A DNA stretch of 64,000 nucleotides from Bdellovibrionales bacterium (GTDB lineage: Bacteria; Bdellovibrionota; Bdellovibrionia; Bdellovibrionales; UBA1609). A program made the position numbers and the translations under genes. The notes beneath the pieces were generated by a model, which worked only from the letters and a program-made list of their open reading frames with translations, was not told the DNA's origin and made no database searches. Positions within the stretch are counted from its first letter, which is position 1, and every line of letters begins with the position of its first letter. Location: NCBI GenBank assembly GCA_041690295.1, contig JAWLHR010000004.1:85019-149018 (forward strand), in the 5' to 3' direction. Below, one piece after another: positions 37,560 through 48,443 of the stretch.

Positions 37560-40295
37560 TTAGGCCTTTAAAGCCTTTTCTATAATCGCTGTTTGTTCTT
37601 TCAGATGAATATGCGGGGAACCCACGGCCGGACTGGCGCGCTCATCGCGGCCCACATATTCGACGGTGAGTTTCTTGCGGCCCAACTCTTTCAATAACTC
37701 GGTGATTTTGGGTGCGATGTACGAATACGCTCCCATGTTCTTGGGTTCTTCTTGCACCCAGAGCAGGCGGGAAAGTTTCGGCAAACCGTTGAGCAAAGGA
37801 GTGAGTTGCACCCTCGGGAACGGATAAAGCTGTTCGACCCGTACGATCGCGGTGGTCGGTGTTTTAAACTTCTTCTCCCGCGCTTCATCCAGGTCGTAAT
37901 AGATTTTGCCCGAGCAGAGAATCAGCGTTTCCACGTTTTTCGGATCCGGCATCTGCGGATCGGCGATGCACTCCAGAAATTGACCTTCGGTAAAATCTTT
38001 CCACGGCGAGATCACTTTTGGATGGCGCAGGAGCGACTTGGGCGACATCACCACGAGCGGTTTACGGAAATCCCTTTTCACCTGACGGCGAAGGGCGTGA
38101 AAGAGGTTGGCCGGGGTGGTGAAGTTACAAACCTGCATATTGCCTTGAGCGCAAAGTTGCAAGAAACGCTCAAGGCGGGCACTCGAGTGCTCGGGACCTT
38201 GCCCTTCGTAACCATGGGGGAGTAACAGCGTTAACCCGGATCCTCGCATCCATTTTTCTTCGCTCGAACTGAGGAACTGGTCGATGATGATTTGCGCGCC
38301 GTTGGCGAAATCGCCGAACTGCGCTTCCCAGATCGTCAGATACGTCGGATCCGAACAGGAATTGCCGTATTCAAATCCGAGGACCGCCATTTCCGAAAGT
38401 GGTGAGTTGTAAATGCAGAACTCACCCTTATCCGGATTGAGCGTCGCCAGCGGGCAATATTCCTCATTGGTTTTGATATCAAAGTAGACGGCCTGGCGGT
38501 GAGTGAACGTGCCCCGTTTGGAGTCTTGTCCCGAAACCCGCACCGGAGTTCCTTCGAGGCACAAGGATCCATAGGCCAGAAGCTCACCCATGGCCCAATC
38601 CAAGTTCCCGTTTTCCACCATCTGTTTTCGCGCCTGAATGAGCCGACTTAATTTCGGATGCAAATTGAAGCCTTGCGGCTCTTCGGTGAGAACGTCGGCG
38701 GCCTTTCGCACAATGGACTCCGCCGCCCGCGTGTCCACCGGGTGATCGAAATCCTCAAGCCGCCCGCGCCGCAAACCACTCCATTGGGCGCCGAACGCAT
38801 TCGGTTTTATGACCGGCGGATTCTTGCGCACATGATCCAGGATTTTTTGTAAATGGTCGATGCGTTCTTTGTAAAAGCGCTCGCCTTCTTCTTTGCTGAT
38901 GAGATTTTCCTGACTGAGCTGATCAAGGTACTTGTTCATCAACGTGGGGTGTTTGCGAATCACTTCGTACATCAGCGGTTGGGTGAAGGCGGGTTCGTCG
39001 CCTTCGTTGTGACCGAATCGCCGGTAACACACCAGATTGATCACCACATCTTCGCCGAATTCCTGGCGGAAGCGGATGGCGATATCCATGGCCCGCACAC
39101 AGGCCTCGGGATCATCGCCGTTCACCAGCAGGATGGGGGCGTTGATGGCTTTCGCCGCATCCGCCGCGTAGCGCACGCTTCGCGCATCTTTGGGATCGGT
39201 GGTGAAACCCACTTGGTTATCAATCACCACATGAACGGTGCCGCCCACGGTGTATCCTTGAAGCCGCGACATCTGAAGCGTTTCATAAACCACGCCCTGA
39301 CCCACGAAGGCGGCGTCACCATGTAACAACACCGGAACCACTTTCTTGCGCTCGTTCGAATCCAAACGCCGGCGTTGGCGCGCGCGGGCCATGCCCATGA
39401 CCACCGGATCCACCACCTCAAGGTGGGAAGGGTTGAACGCCAGCGAAATGTGACATGGGCCGTGTGGCGTTTGTTTATCCGTGGAGTAGCCCAGGTGGTA
39501 CTTCACGTCGCCGTCGTAATCGAAGCTGTCAAAGGCGGTTCCGTCGAACTCGGAAAAAATCACCTCAACGGCTTTGTCCATGAAGTTGGCCAACACGTTA
39601 ATCCGTCCGCGATGGGCCATGCCGATGACGATTTCTTCGACGCCCAGTTCGGTCCCGCGCTGAACACAGCGCTCGAGCATGGGGATCATGGCGTCGGCGC
39701 CTTCGATCGAAAATCGTTTCGTGCCGACGTAACGGGTGTGAATGAATTTTTCCAGGGACTCAGTGCGGGCTAACTGTTGAAAAATGGCCCGTCGTTCATC
39801 GGGATTTAATTTAAATTCCCCGCGTTCCATTTCGGCCCGGAACCAATCGCGGACTTCTTGCCGGCACTCCGCCACTTGCACGGTGGGTGTGCGGCAGTAG
39901 GCCGACTCGAGAAAAGTGATGATCTGGCGCAAGCTGGCGGTGCCCAATCCCAACAAGTTCCCGACGGCGAAGGGCTGATCCAAATCCTGTTCGGATAATC
40001 CAAATCTCGCCAGCTCGAAGGACTCGGTTTCAGGTTTGGTCAAACCCAGAGGGTCCAGGTCCGCTTTCAAATGTCCGTAGTCGCGGTAATGTTCAATGAG
40101 GTTATAGGCCGCGAGCTCTTTTTCGGAAAAGCCGGCGGCGCCCACTGAAGGTCCAGAGAGATTTTGCGCGAATTGCACACCTTCGAAAAACAATCGCCAC
40201 TGGGGATCCACGGACTCGGGGTTTTGTAAGAACGCCGAATATAAGTTTTCGATGAACTCAAGGTTGGAATGATTGATCGAGGAAAGGGGCTCCAA
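37560..40295 (-). CDS. sucA: 2-oxoglutarate dehydrogenase E1
   Basis: [45 protein letters not shown]. Confidence 0.97.
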   Translation of the reverse strand: MEPLSSINHSNLEFIENLYSAFLQNPESVDPQWRLFFEGVQFAQNLSGPSVGAAGFSEKELAAYNLIEHYRDYGHLKADLDPLGLTKPETESFELARFGLSEQDLDQPFAVGNLLGLGTASLRQIITFLESAYCRTPTVQVAECRQEVRDWFRAEMERGEFKLNPDERRAIFQQLARTESLEKFIHTRYVGTKRFSIEGADAMIPMLERCVQRGTELGVEEIVIGMAHRGRINVLANFMDKAVEVIFSEFDGTAFDSFDYDGDVKYHLGYSTDKQTPHGPCHISLAFNPSHLEVVDPVVMGMARARQRRRLDSNERKKVVPVLLHGDAAFVGQGVVYETLQMSRLQGYTVGGTVHVVIDNQVGFTTDPKDARSVRYAADAAKAINAPILLVNGDDPEACVRAMDIAIRFRQEFGEDVVINLVCYRRFGHNEGDEPAFTQPLMYEVIRKHPTLMNKYLDQLSQENLISKEEGERFYKERIDHLQKILDHVRKNPPVIKPNAFGAQWSGLRRGRLEDFDHPVDTRAAESIVRKAADVLTEEPQGFNLHPKLSRLIQARKQMVENGNLDWAMGELLAYGSLCLEGTPVRVSGQDSKRGTFTHRQAVYFDIKTNEEYCPLATLNPDKGEFCIYNSPLSEMAVLGFEYGNSCSDPTYLTIWEAQFGDFANGAQIIIDQFLSSSEEKWMRGSGLTLLLPHGYEGQGPEHSSARLERFLQLCAQGNMQVCNFTTPANLFHALRRQVKRDFRKPLVVMSPKSLLRHPKVISPWKDFTEGQFLECIADPQMPDPKNVETLILCSGKIYYDLDEAREKKFKTPTTAIVRVEQLYPFPRVQLTPLLNGLPKLSRLLWVQEEPKNMGAYSYIAPKITELLKELGRKKLTVEYVGRDERASPAVGSPHIHLKEQTAIIEKALKA

Positions 40296-40454
40296 TTTAA
40301 TGTCTCCTAAGTGACTAGTTTATAACAAAGAGGTGGGGGTACTGCACCTTCCCCAGACTTATAAATGCGATGCATAAATTGCCCGAATAAGACAAGAGTC
40401 GATGTGCTTCAATGCGGAAAATTCTATACTGATTGGGAAACGGCGAGGTGATGA

Positions 40455-43265
40455 GTGGCCAAGTGGATAATGGTTTTCGCCATTTCGATCCTGATCGCGA
40501 TCGTGGGCGCATTCTTTTTGGTCAACAGTGGAATTTTGCAGGCCCGGCTTCAGCAAGAACTCCAGACTCGCTGCCAATGTCAGGCGAAGCTGGGGCCCGT
40601 CCGCATTCCTTTTCAATGGCCATTGAGTGTCCGCGTGGGGCCGACCACGATCACCCGTGGTCCGATCAGCGCCGAGGCGCAGTGGCTGCACGTCGTGATC
40701 GCCAGTTTCACCGCGCCTTATGATATCCGAGTTCAACTCGTAAAACCTAAAGTAACGGTTCAACTGGAAGTCACCAAAATGAGTGAGGAGTCCGGGGGCG
40801 CGGCTCCATCGGCGGGTGCGCCATCCACGCGCTTTGTGCCGCCGCCACTGCGGCTTCGGGTGAAGATTTTGGACGGCGAGTTCAAGGCCAATGACATTTC
40901 GGTTCAAAAGCTGAATCTTGAATTCGCGCAGAAACTGCTCATGCGTTCGTCAGCCGAACTTCTGGTTTCGGCGCGGGTGCGGACCCCGTGGGTGCCCGGT
41001 GACTGGCCGGTCACCATTGATGGCAACGGACTCACGTTCGGCGAAGAGGTCATCAAAGCCACCTCGATCAAGGCCTGGGTCGCCGATCTGCATGCGAATA
41101 TTCAAGGGACGAGTTTGTTGGCCGAGGGACGGCACCGCTGGTTGGCCGAAATTCAAGTTCCTGATTTAAGTAAATTGCCCAAGCCGCCTTTTGAAATTCC
41201 CGCCAGCGACTGGCGCGGGGCCTTGCATGTGCAAGCCGAACTCATCAAGCCTGATGCCGCCACCGGATGGCAGGCGAATGGGCGGATCAATGCTTCGAAC
41301 GTCAGCGCCAACGTCAACTACCGTCAGGAAAAGACCTCGGTGATAGGGCCGGTGGCGGTTCAATTGCAAAGTCAGTTCAATTACACCGACAAAGGGATCG
41401 CCGTGCCCAAAGTCACCGGCGTGGTGGATTTAACTCAAGCACAGGTGGAGTCGGCCGGTGTTTTAACCAAGCCGGCGCATGTGCCGCTGCGCTTTGAAGT
41501 GGCCGCCGAAGGGCCGGGTGAAACTCTGACTCTAAAAAAATTCGATGCGCATTTTTGGCAGTTACACGCCAACGCCACGGGGCAACTCAATTTGAAAGCC
41601 CCTTACAGCGCGAACATCAGTTTCAATCTTCCGCTGACCGCTTTGAATGGATTGGAAACTTTGATCGTTCCGTTAAAAAGTTCACCGGTGAAAGGTCAAT
41701 TGGCGGCGCAAGCCGACTATGCCGGTCCGCTCACGGATCCGATGGCGGCGAAAATCAACCTGCGAAGTCTCCAGCTTAATAAGTTTTCCGCGGATGTGGC
41801 TTATGAGGTGCAGGATTCCATGCGTTTGCGCGGTCCCGTTTCAGTGAATGTGGACGCCGCGGGCGAACTCGACGCCGGCAAACCCAAATCCTTTCGCGCT
41901 TCGGGTCAGGCTGAGTTGAGCGGACTCTCGCTCGTGGCGGGTCCCTTTCGCAAGGAAGCCCGTCAGAAACTGGCCGCGGATTTCAAGTTGTCAACGCTCG
42001 GAGAATCTTTGCGCATTGATCATTTGAATGTGGCGGGCTTTCCGGGCGATGTGCGTCTTTGGGGTAAAATCGAACAGCCCACCAATCCCAAAGTGGATGT
42101 GGTCATTGTCGCCCGCGCGCTCAATCTCTCGGCTCTGCGCAAGGCGCTTGAAGAGTACAATGAACTTATCCCCAACGGAAACATCACGGGCCGTCTCGCG
42201 GTCGCCGGTTCGATGAAGCAGGGAAGTCCCTGGGCCGAATGGCCATTGAACGTCAGTGGCCAAATCAAGGCGGATCTGCCCGAGTATCATTTCGCGGCCG
42301 CTGCGCCCGCGGACAAGGCGGCGCCGGCTGAACCCGCCCCGCCGCAACCATTGGCCCAGGCTGGATTTTTACCCAAAGGGCCACTCACGGAAAAATTGAA
42401 TCTCGCTTTTGAAGCCACCATCGGTCTTGTTCAAAAGGATAACCTCACAGCCAAAGGCGCGAGCTTGAAGGGACGGGTGGCGCAAGGGCGCTTCAACGGT
42501 GAGGCGCAGGTGAAAGAAATCTTCGGCGGCCAATTCCGGGTGCAAAGCCTGCAGGTGCCGCTGCTCGAACCCAATGCATTAATCAAAGGGCAAGTGGGTT
42601 TTTCGCAAATCGTGATTCAAGATTTTCTTGATTTCGTTAAGCCCGAGTTGAAATCGATGGCCACGGGTCGAAGTGCCGGAACCATCAGTTTCTCCACCCG
42701 GCTTCCCAGCGCGCCCACGTTCATGGACGAACTCGAAGCGAACGGGAAATTGAACCTGAATCCCGTGACCTTCAATACGGTGAAAATCGGCGATCTGATC
42801 AATGAACTGATCGCCAAAATTCCCGGCGTGGATTTGCCGAAGGCCAAAGTGGAACCGTTAAAGGGCAAGGCCGCGGCGGGTTTCAGTTTATCCAAACAAG
42901 TGATCACGCTTTCGTCATTGAGCGCGCAGGATGAAGGCAACAGTGAATTGGATGTGAAAGGCACGATTTCTTTGGCCACGATGGAGAGTGATTTAAAGGG
43001 CAATTTTCATTGGGCGAACTCGCCGGTGAAGGGATGTTTGGCGGAAGGGAATGCGGATGCCAAAGGTCGGTTTGTGGTGCCTTTGGCGCTCCGCGGTTCC
43101 ATGCATCAGCCCAAGCTGTCATTGGTGTCGGATTTGGCGGGCAAACTCGCGGCGCGCGCCTTGGAATGCGAGAAAAACAAGCTGATCGAGAAAGCGAAGA
43201 AGGAAGGCGTTAAGAGCCTGCAGAAAGAAGCGGTAAAAGCGCTCAAAGGGATATTCGGTCAATGA
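40455..43265 (+). CDS. AsmA-like protein
   Basis: N-terminal TM anchor, 936 aa beta-rich, C-terminal VPLALRGSMHQPKL. Confidence 0.75.
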   Translation: MAKWIMVFAISILIAIVGAFFLVNSGILQARLQQELQTRCQCQAKLGPVRIPFQWPLSVRVGPTTITRGPISAEAQWLHVVIASFTAPYDIRVQLVKPKVTVQLEVTKMSEESGGAAPSAGAPSTRFVPPPLRLRVKILDGEFKANDISVQKLNLEFAQKLLMRSSAELLVSARVRTPWVPGDWPVTIDGNGLTFGEEVIKATSIKAWVADLHANIQGTSLLAEGRHRWLAEIQVPDLSKLPKPPFEIPASDWRGALHVQAELIKPDAATGWQANGRINASNVSANVNYRQEKTSVIGPVAVQLQSQFNYTDKGIAVPKVTGVVDLTQAQVESAGVLTKPAHVPLRFEVAAEGPGETLTLKKFDAHFWQLHANATGQLNLKAPYSANISFNLPLTALNGLETLIVPLKSSPVKGQLAAQADYAGPLTDPMAAKINLRSLQLNKFSADVAYEVQDSMRLRGPVSVNVDAAGELDAGKPKSFRASGQAELSGLSLVAGPFRKEARQKLAADFKLSTLGESLRIDHLNVAGFPGDVRLWGKIEQPTNPKVDVVIVARALNLSALRKALEEYNELIPNGNITGRLAVAGSMKQGSPWAEWPLNVSGQIKADLPEYHFAAAAPADKAAPAEPAPPQPLAQAGFLPKGPLTEKLNLAFEATIGLVQKDNLTAKGASLKGRVAQGRFNGEAQVKEIFGGQFRVQSLQVPLLEPNALIKGQVGFSQIVIQDFLDFVKPELKSMATGRSAGTISFSTRLPSAPTFMDELEANGKLNLNPVTFNTVKIGDLINELIAKIPGVDLPKAKVEPLKGKAAAGFSLSKQVITLSSLSAQDEGNSELDVKGTISLATMESDLKGNFHWANSPVKGCLAEGNADAKGRFVVPLALRGSMHQPKLSLVSDLAGKLAARALECEKNKLIEKAKKEGVKSLQKEAVKALKGIFGQ

Positions 43266-43313
43266 AAACCGGTTCTGGTTGACCGATCTCCACCCGTGTT
43301 TCAAAGTCGAACT

Positions 43314-44342
43314 ATGTCAGAGGCCGCGGATTTTTATCAAGACCATTTGGACCGGGTGAGCCGGAGCTTCGCGTTTTGCATTCGCCAGCTGCCGTCGCCG
43401 CTCAGGGAGTGGGTGGCTCTGAGTTATCTTCTTTGCCGGGTCTTGGACACGATTGAAGATGCCCCTTGGCCGGATCAGAAATCGCAGATGGAGGCGTTCG
43501 ATCAGTTTGATCGGGCGCTCAATGAACCGGGGTCGGATGTGCGATTTCAGCATTTGCTTCCCGATCAAATCACCGAAGGCGAAAAGAAATTGCTGGCCGA
43601 TAGCCCGCGACTGATCGGCGACTTGCACGATCTCGACCCCAAGGTACGAGGTGTGATTCGCCAATCCGTCTTGGTGATGTCGGCGGGAATGCAGTACTTC
43701 GCCGGTCAGCGGCGCAGCGGATCTTTGCACTTAAGGACACTATCCGAAGTCAATCAGTATTGTTTTTTCGTGGCGGGCATCGTGGGAGAACTATTGGCCA
43801 AACTCGTGGCGTTGGTGGAACCGCGATTCAAACTCTCCACGGGAGAGCTGGTTCGGGCCCACCACTTCGGTTTGTTTCTGCAAAAAGTGAATCTTCTTAA
43901 AGACCAAGTCGGCGATGAGCAAATGGGGCGCCATTTGATTCCTTCGCGGGTGGAAGTTGAAAACAGCGCGGAAGCGAACGCGCGATCGGCGTTGGATTTT
44001 TTGTTGGCCGTGCCATTGGATCAAATGGAGTTTCGGCGTTTTTGTGCGTGGTCACTTTACCTGGGGCTTGAGGCACTCTATGCGGCCCGCCGATCCACCG
44101 TTGAAAATCGAATTGTGAAGGTGGCGCGCGAGAGAATGAATGAGATTCTGTCCACCGTGGAGTCCTGCTTAAGTGATGATCAAAAATTGAAGTCGCTCTT
44201 TATGGCCGCCTGCGAGAAGCTGGGCTGGGCCGGTCAAACGGCACCGGCTCGGAGTCATGGAACCGTGCCGGAATGGCTTTTAAGCCGTTACCACGGACCC
44301 CTTGACGGAATGCACCTTGGCCAACTTGGAATAGCACATTGA
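43314..44342 (+). CDS. Squalene/phytoene synthase family protein
   Basis: VSRSFA, YLLCRVLDTIED, YCFFVAGIVG, FGLFLQKVNLLKD; start 43314 or 43296. Confidence 0.88.
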   Translation: MSEAADFYQDHLDRVSRSFAFCIRQLPSPLREWVALSYLLCRVLDTIEDAPWPDQKSQMEAFDQFDRALNEPGSDVRFQHLLPDQITEGEKKLLADSPRLIGDLHDLDPKVRGVIRQSVLVMSAGMQYFAGQRRSGSLHLRTLSEVNQYCFFVAGIVGELLAKLVALVEPRFKLSTGELVRAHHFGLFLQKVNLLKDQVGDEQMGRHLIPSRVEVENSAEANARSALDFLLAVPLDQMEFRRFCAWSLYLGLEALYAARRSTVENRIVKVARERMNEILSTVESCLSDDQKLKSLFMAACEKLGWAGQTAPARSHGTVPEWLLSRYHGPLDGMHLGQLGIAH

Positions 44343-44356
44343 CAATCATTTTCAAT
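44338..44356. promoter_or_regulatory. Fur box-like operator upstream of fur
   Basis: ATTGACAAT-C-ATTTTCAAT 9-1-9 imperfect inverted repeat matching TGATAATnATTATCA. Confidence 0.7.
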
Positions 44357-44376
44357 TAGAATAGCCAAATATCTCT

Positions 44377-44868
44377 ATGGAAACAGCCATACCGAGCCTT
44401 GCCAAGGGTAGTGTCCCCATTGAGCCAGAGAAGTTAATTCGTCGTGATCCGGTTGATCCGGCTAAATTTAAACGAATGATCCGGCAGATGGGGCTGAAGG
44501 TGACCCAACAGCGACTGGCCATCCTTGAATCATTGAGTTCAGGCCGGGCGCATGTGACAGCGCAGGAGGTCTTTGAAACCGTGAATGCGAAACACCCGGA
44601 AATCGGATTCGCCACGGTTTATCGTTTCTTGCGGAAAATGGCGGAGGCGAAGCTCGTGACTGAGGTTCGCATGGGTGGATTACCGGCGCGGTACGAATTA
44701 ACCCCGCGCCGCCACCACGATCACCTCACGTGTGTCCAATGCGGACAGATCGTGGAATTCGAATGTCCTTCCATCGAGTCCTTGCAAGAACAAGTGGCTG
44801 AGGAGCATAATTTCCGGCTGACTCATCATGTCCTCGAACTGTACGGCATTTGTCCACGCTGTCAGTAG
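44377..44868 (+). CDS. fur: Fur family transcriptional regulator
   Basis: [35 protein letters not shown]. Confidence 0.92.
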   Translation: METAIPSLAKGSVPIEPEKLIRRDPVDPAKFKRMIRQMGLKVTQQRLAILESLSSGRAHVTAQEVFETVNAKHPEIGFATVYRFLRKMAEAKLVTEVRMGGLPARYELTPRRHHDHLTCVQCGQIVEFECPSIESLQEQVAEEHNFRLTHHVLELYGICPRCQ

Positions 44869-44877
44869 GAGAAGAAT

Positions 44878-47475
44878 TTGTCGGCCTTACCCGAAAATGA
44901 CGGCATCCTGGTCAAGGGCGCCCGCGAGCACAATTTAAAAAACATCGATGTTTTCATTCCCCGTGACAAAATTACGGTGATCACGGGTCTGAGCGGAAGC
45001 GGAAAATCATCCCTGGCCTTTGACACGATCTTCGCCGAAGGGCAAAGGCGGTTCATCGAAAGTTTGTCCACCTATGCCCGCCAGTTTCTTGAGCAAATGA
45101 AGAAACCGGAAGTGGACGCGATCGAAGGTTTGTCGCCGGCGGTGGCGATCGATCAAAAATCCATCAGTACCAACCCGCGCTCCACGGTGGGAACCGTGAC
45201 CGAAGTGTACGATTATTTGCGTTTACTTTTCGCCCGGGTCGGTACCGCTTATTGCCCCACTCACAATCTGCCGCTCGAAGGTCAATCCCCACAGGAAATC
45301 GTGGATTCCATCATGGCGATGAAGAAGGGCACTAAGTTTCTTCTGATCGCGCCGGTGATTCGCGGAAAGAAAGGGGAATTCTCGGCGGAATTTCAAAAAT
45401 GGGCGAAGAAGGGATTCACCCGCGCGCGCGTGGACGGTGAGTGGATGGAATTGGAAAACGCCACCAAGCTGGCTCGCCATAAAACCCACGACATCGATCT
45501 GCTGGTGGATCGCTTGATCGTGGAAGAACGATTCATCCCGAGGATTAAAGAAAGTTTGAATTTAAGCCTTTCGCTGGCCGGTGGCCTGGTGAAAATCGAG
45601 CCCCTGCAGAATGGGGAACCGCAGACTTACTCCATTCATCGCAGTTGTCCCAAGTGCGGTCACACCATGCCGGATTTGGAACCCCGGCTGTTCAGTTTCA
45701 ACAATCCGCGGGGCGCCTGTCCGACCTGTAGTGGCATCGGCACCTTGGATTTTGTGGAAGAGGAGCCGGAAAGTGACGAAGACGAAACGGAAGTGGATGA
45801 GTACGCTCTTACGGTTTGTCCGGATTGTCAGGGCGCGCGATTGAATGAGAATGCCCGTAATGTTCGAATCGGCGATTACAATATCGCCCAGGTGGCGGAA
45901 TTGCCGGCCACGGAGATTATCACCTGGATTGAAGGCGCGAATTTAAATCAGCGCCAAGCGCTGATCGGAGAGAAAATTCTTCGGCAAATTCTCTCGCGCG
46001 TGGAATACCTGATCCGGGTGGGCGCGGGATACCTGAGTTTGTCGCGACCCACACGAACACTTTCCGGCGGCGAGGCCCAGCGTATTCGTCTGGCTTCGCA
46101 GGTGGGATCGGGTTTGGTCGGGGTTTTGTACGTGCTTGATGAACCCAGTATCGGTCTTCATCCTCGCGATCACAAACGCTTACTGGAAATGATCCAGGAG
46201 ATTCGCGATCGGGGGAACACCGTTCTTATGGTCGAGCACGATGAAGAGACCATTCGCGTGGCGGATCACCTGATCGATATGGGACCGCGAGCCGGCCGTT
46301 TGGGCGGTGAAGTTTTGGCGGCGGGGACGCCAAAGGACATTATGCGGAATCCGGCTTCTTTGACCGGCCAGTATCTTTCCGGCCAAAAACAAATCGGCAT
46401 TCCCAGTCAGCGTCGAAGCGGAAACGGGAAGTGGCTGAGACTCGAAGGTGCTTCAGGTCACAACTTGAAGAACGTGGATTTCAAAATGCCGCTGGGAACG
46501 TTGGTGTCCGTAACCGGTGTGTCCGGTTCGGGAAAAAGCACACTGGTGATCGATACACTTTACCGGATCCTGGCTCGGGAATTTAACAAATCACCCCTTG
46601 AACCCGCGCCTTTCGCGAAAATCAGCGGTCTGGAACATATCGATAAGGTCATTGAAATCAATCAGCGGCCCATCGGTCGCACGCCGCGTTCGGTGCCCGC
46701 CACCTACGTGGGTCTTTTTCCCATGATAAGGGATCTTTTCGCGTCCTTGCCGGAATCGAAAATCCGCGGCTATCGCCCGGGACATTTCAGCTTCAATGTG
46801 AAAGGCGGCCGTTGCGAAGTTTGCCAGGGCGGCGGCCAAATCCGGGTGGAGATGCACTTTCTTTCCGATGTTTTTGTCCGCTGCGAAGCCTGTCAGGGGC
46901 AACGGTACAGCCGGGAGATTTTAAATATTCGTTATCGTGAAAAATCCATCGCGGATGTTCTGAATATGACAGTCGATGAAGCGATGGAGTTTTTCGCTCA
47001 TCACCGCCACATCCACCGCAAGCTGCAGACCCTGCACAGAGTGGGTTTGGACTACATCACGCTCGGGCAGAGTTCGACCACGCTTTCCGGTGGCGAAGCG
47101 CAAAGGGTGAAGCTTTCGCGCGAACTCTCCAAGCGCGACACGGGCCGGACCATTTACATTCTGGATGAGCCGACGACGGGGCTTCATTTCGAGGACGTGA
47201 AAAAGCTGGTTGATCTTCTGCAGGAGTTGGTGAACCAGGGGAATACGGTTTTGGTGATCGAACACCAACTGGATGTCATTAAAGCCAGCGACTACATCAT
47301 CGATCTTGGGCCCGAAGGGGGTGAGGCCGGCGGTCGCATCGTTGCCTGTGGCACGCCCGAGGAAGTGGCTCGCAACCCGCAAAGCATCACCGGTGAATTT
47401 TTGCGGCCGATGCTGAGGTCGTTCGCTCCCTCCACCGGCTCGAATTATCAACATGGCATGAAAGCCACGACCTAG
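44878..47475 (+). CDS. uvrA: Excinuclease ABC subunit A (insertion domain absent)
   Basis: GLSGSGKSS and GVSGSGKST Walker A, two LSGGEAQR signatures, Zn fingers. Confidence 0.96.
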   Translation: MSALPENDGILVKGAREHNLKNIDVFIPRDKITVITGLSGSGKSSLAFDTIFAEGQRRFIESLSTYARQFLEQMKKPEVDAIEGLSPAVAIDQKSISTNPRSTVGTVTEVYDYLRLLFARVGTAYCPTHNLPLEGQSPQEIVDSIMAMKKGTKFLLIAPVIRGKKGEFSAEFQKWAKKGFTRARVDGEWMELENATKLARHKTHDIDLLVDRLIVEERFIPRIKESLNLSLSLAGGLVKIEPLQNGEPQTYSIHRSCPKCGHTMPDLEPRLFSFNNPRGACPTCSGIGTLDFVEEEPESDEDETEVDEYALTVCPDCQGARLNENARNVRIGDYNIAQVAELPATEIITWIEGANLNQRQALIGEKILRQILSRVEYLIRVGAGYLSLSRPTRTLSGGEAQRIRLASQVGSGLVGVLYVLDEPSIGLHPRDHKRLLEMIQEIRDRGNTVLMVEHDEETIRVADHLIDMGPRAGRLGGEVLAAGTPKDIMRNPASLTGQYLSGQKQIGIPSQRRSGNGKWLRLEGASGHNLKNVDFKMPLGTLVSVTGVSGSGKSTLVIDTLYRILAREFNKSPLEPAPFAKISGLEHIDKVIEINQRPIGRTPRSVPATYVGLFPMIRDLFASLPESKIRGYRPGHFSFNVKGGRCEVCQGGGQIRVEMHFLSDVFVRCEACQGQRYSREILNIRYREKSIADVLNMTVDEAMEFFAHHRHIHRKLQTLHRVGLDYITLGQSSTTLSGGEAQRVKLSRELSKRDTGRTIYILDEPTTGLHFEDVKKLVDLLQELVNQGNTVLVIEHQLDVIKASDYIIDLGPEGGEAGGRIVACGTPEEVARNPQSITGEFLRPMLRSFAPSTGSNYQHGMKATT

Positions 47476-47505
47476 AGAACTGCCCCACTAGCCTGCAGAA
47501 AATCC

Positions 47506-47521
47506 TGGCGAGAATTTTGCC
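47506..47521 (+). promoter_or_regulatory. Sigma54-type promoter motif inside IS copy 2
   Basis: TGGCGAGAATTTTGCC; GC lies 15 nt before ATG 47536. Confidence 0.6.
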
Positions 47522-47535
47522 TTAAACCACAGGGC

Positions 47536-48432
47536 ATGCGACCAAGCTGCCCCTATTGCCATTCATCCTCAGAGATGTCCGATCACCGGATGCGTATTCA
47601 AAAAGCCGGATTCTTCCGCCGAATCTCCGATGGAAAAAGAGTGCGAAGATTTTATTGTGTAAGCTGCAGTAGATACTTTTCTTATGCCACCTTTCACCCC
47701 TGCTTTAGGCAAAAAAAGCGTCACCTCAATCATCGTATCAACAAACTATTAGCTTCAAGCGTATCTCAGCGCCGAATCGCAAAATTACTCCATATCTCCC
47801 GAACCACAGTTGAACGAAAGTTTCTTTTTCTGGGCCAAAAAGCAGTCCATGAACTTGAACATCAAAACAATTCCAGTCCCCTGGCCACTGTTGTTGAATT
47901 TGATGAACTTGAAACCTTCGAGCACACAAAGTGTAAACCGCTTTCCGTTCCACTAGCCGTTGAATCAAAAACCAGAAGAATTTTAGCCTTCCAAGTGGCC
48001 CAGATGCCTGCCAAAGGAAAGCTCGCCCGCATTTCTCGAAAGAAATATGGCCCAAGACCAGACTTCAGGCCGAAAGCATTGAGTGAACTTTGTGAGAGTT
48101 TAAAGCCACTCACCACACCTGATGTGCAATTCAAATCCGATCAAAATCCAATGTATCCGGAAATTCTAAGGCGTCACTTTCCTTTAAATTCGCATGAGCG
48201 CTTTAAAGGGCAAAGGGGTTCGATTGTCGGACAGGGGGAGTTAAAGAAGATCCGTTTTGATCCACTTTTTAGTTTGAATCACACGTGTGCGATGCTTCGA
48301 GCCAATATCAATAGGCTAGTGCGGAAGACTTGGTGCACAACGAAAATTCCTAATAGATTGCGTCTTCATCTCGCCATCTATGCGGTTTATCACAACAATA
48401 TGATTCGAGCAGGACCATTAGCTGCAGGCTAG
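47536..48432 (+). CDS. IS1-like transposase
   Basis: 13 aa differences in 298 relative to copy 1 (manual count); stop codon lies within the right TIR. Confidence 0.85.
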   Translation: MRPSCPYCHSSSEMSDHRMRIQKAGFFRRISDGKRVRRFYCVSCSRYFSYATFHPCFRQKKRHLNHRINKLLASSVSQRRIAKLLHISRTTVERKFLFLGQKAVHELEHQNNSSPLATVVEFDELETFEHTKCKPLSVPLAVESKTRRILAFQVAQMPAKGKLARISRKKYGPRPDFRPKALSELCESLKPLTTPDVQFKSDQNPMYPEILRRHFPLNSHERFKGQRGSIVGQGELKKIRFDPLFSLNHTCAMLRANINRLVRKTWCTTKIPNRLRLHLAIYAVYHNNMIRAGPLAAG

Positions 48433-48443
48433 TGGGGCAGTTC

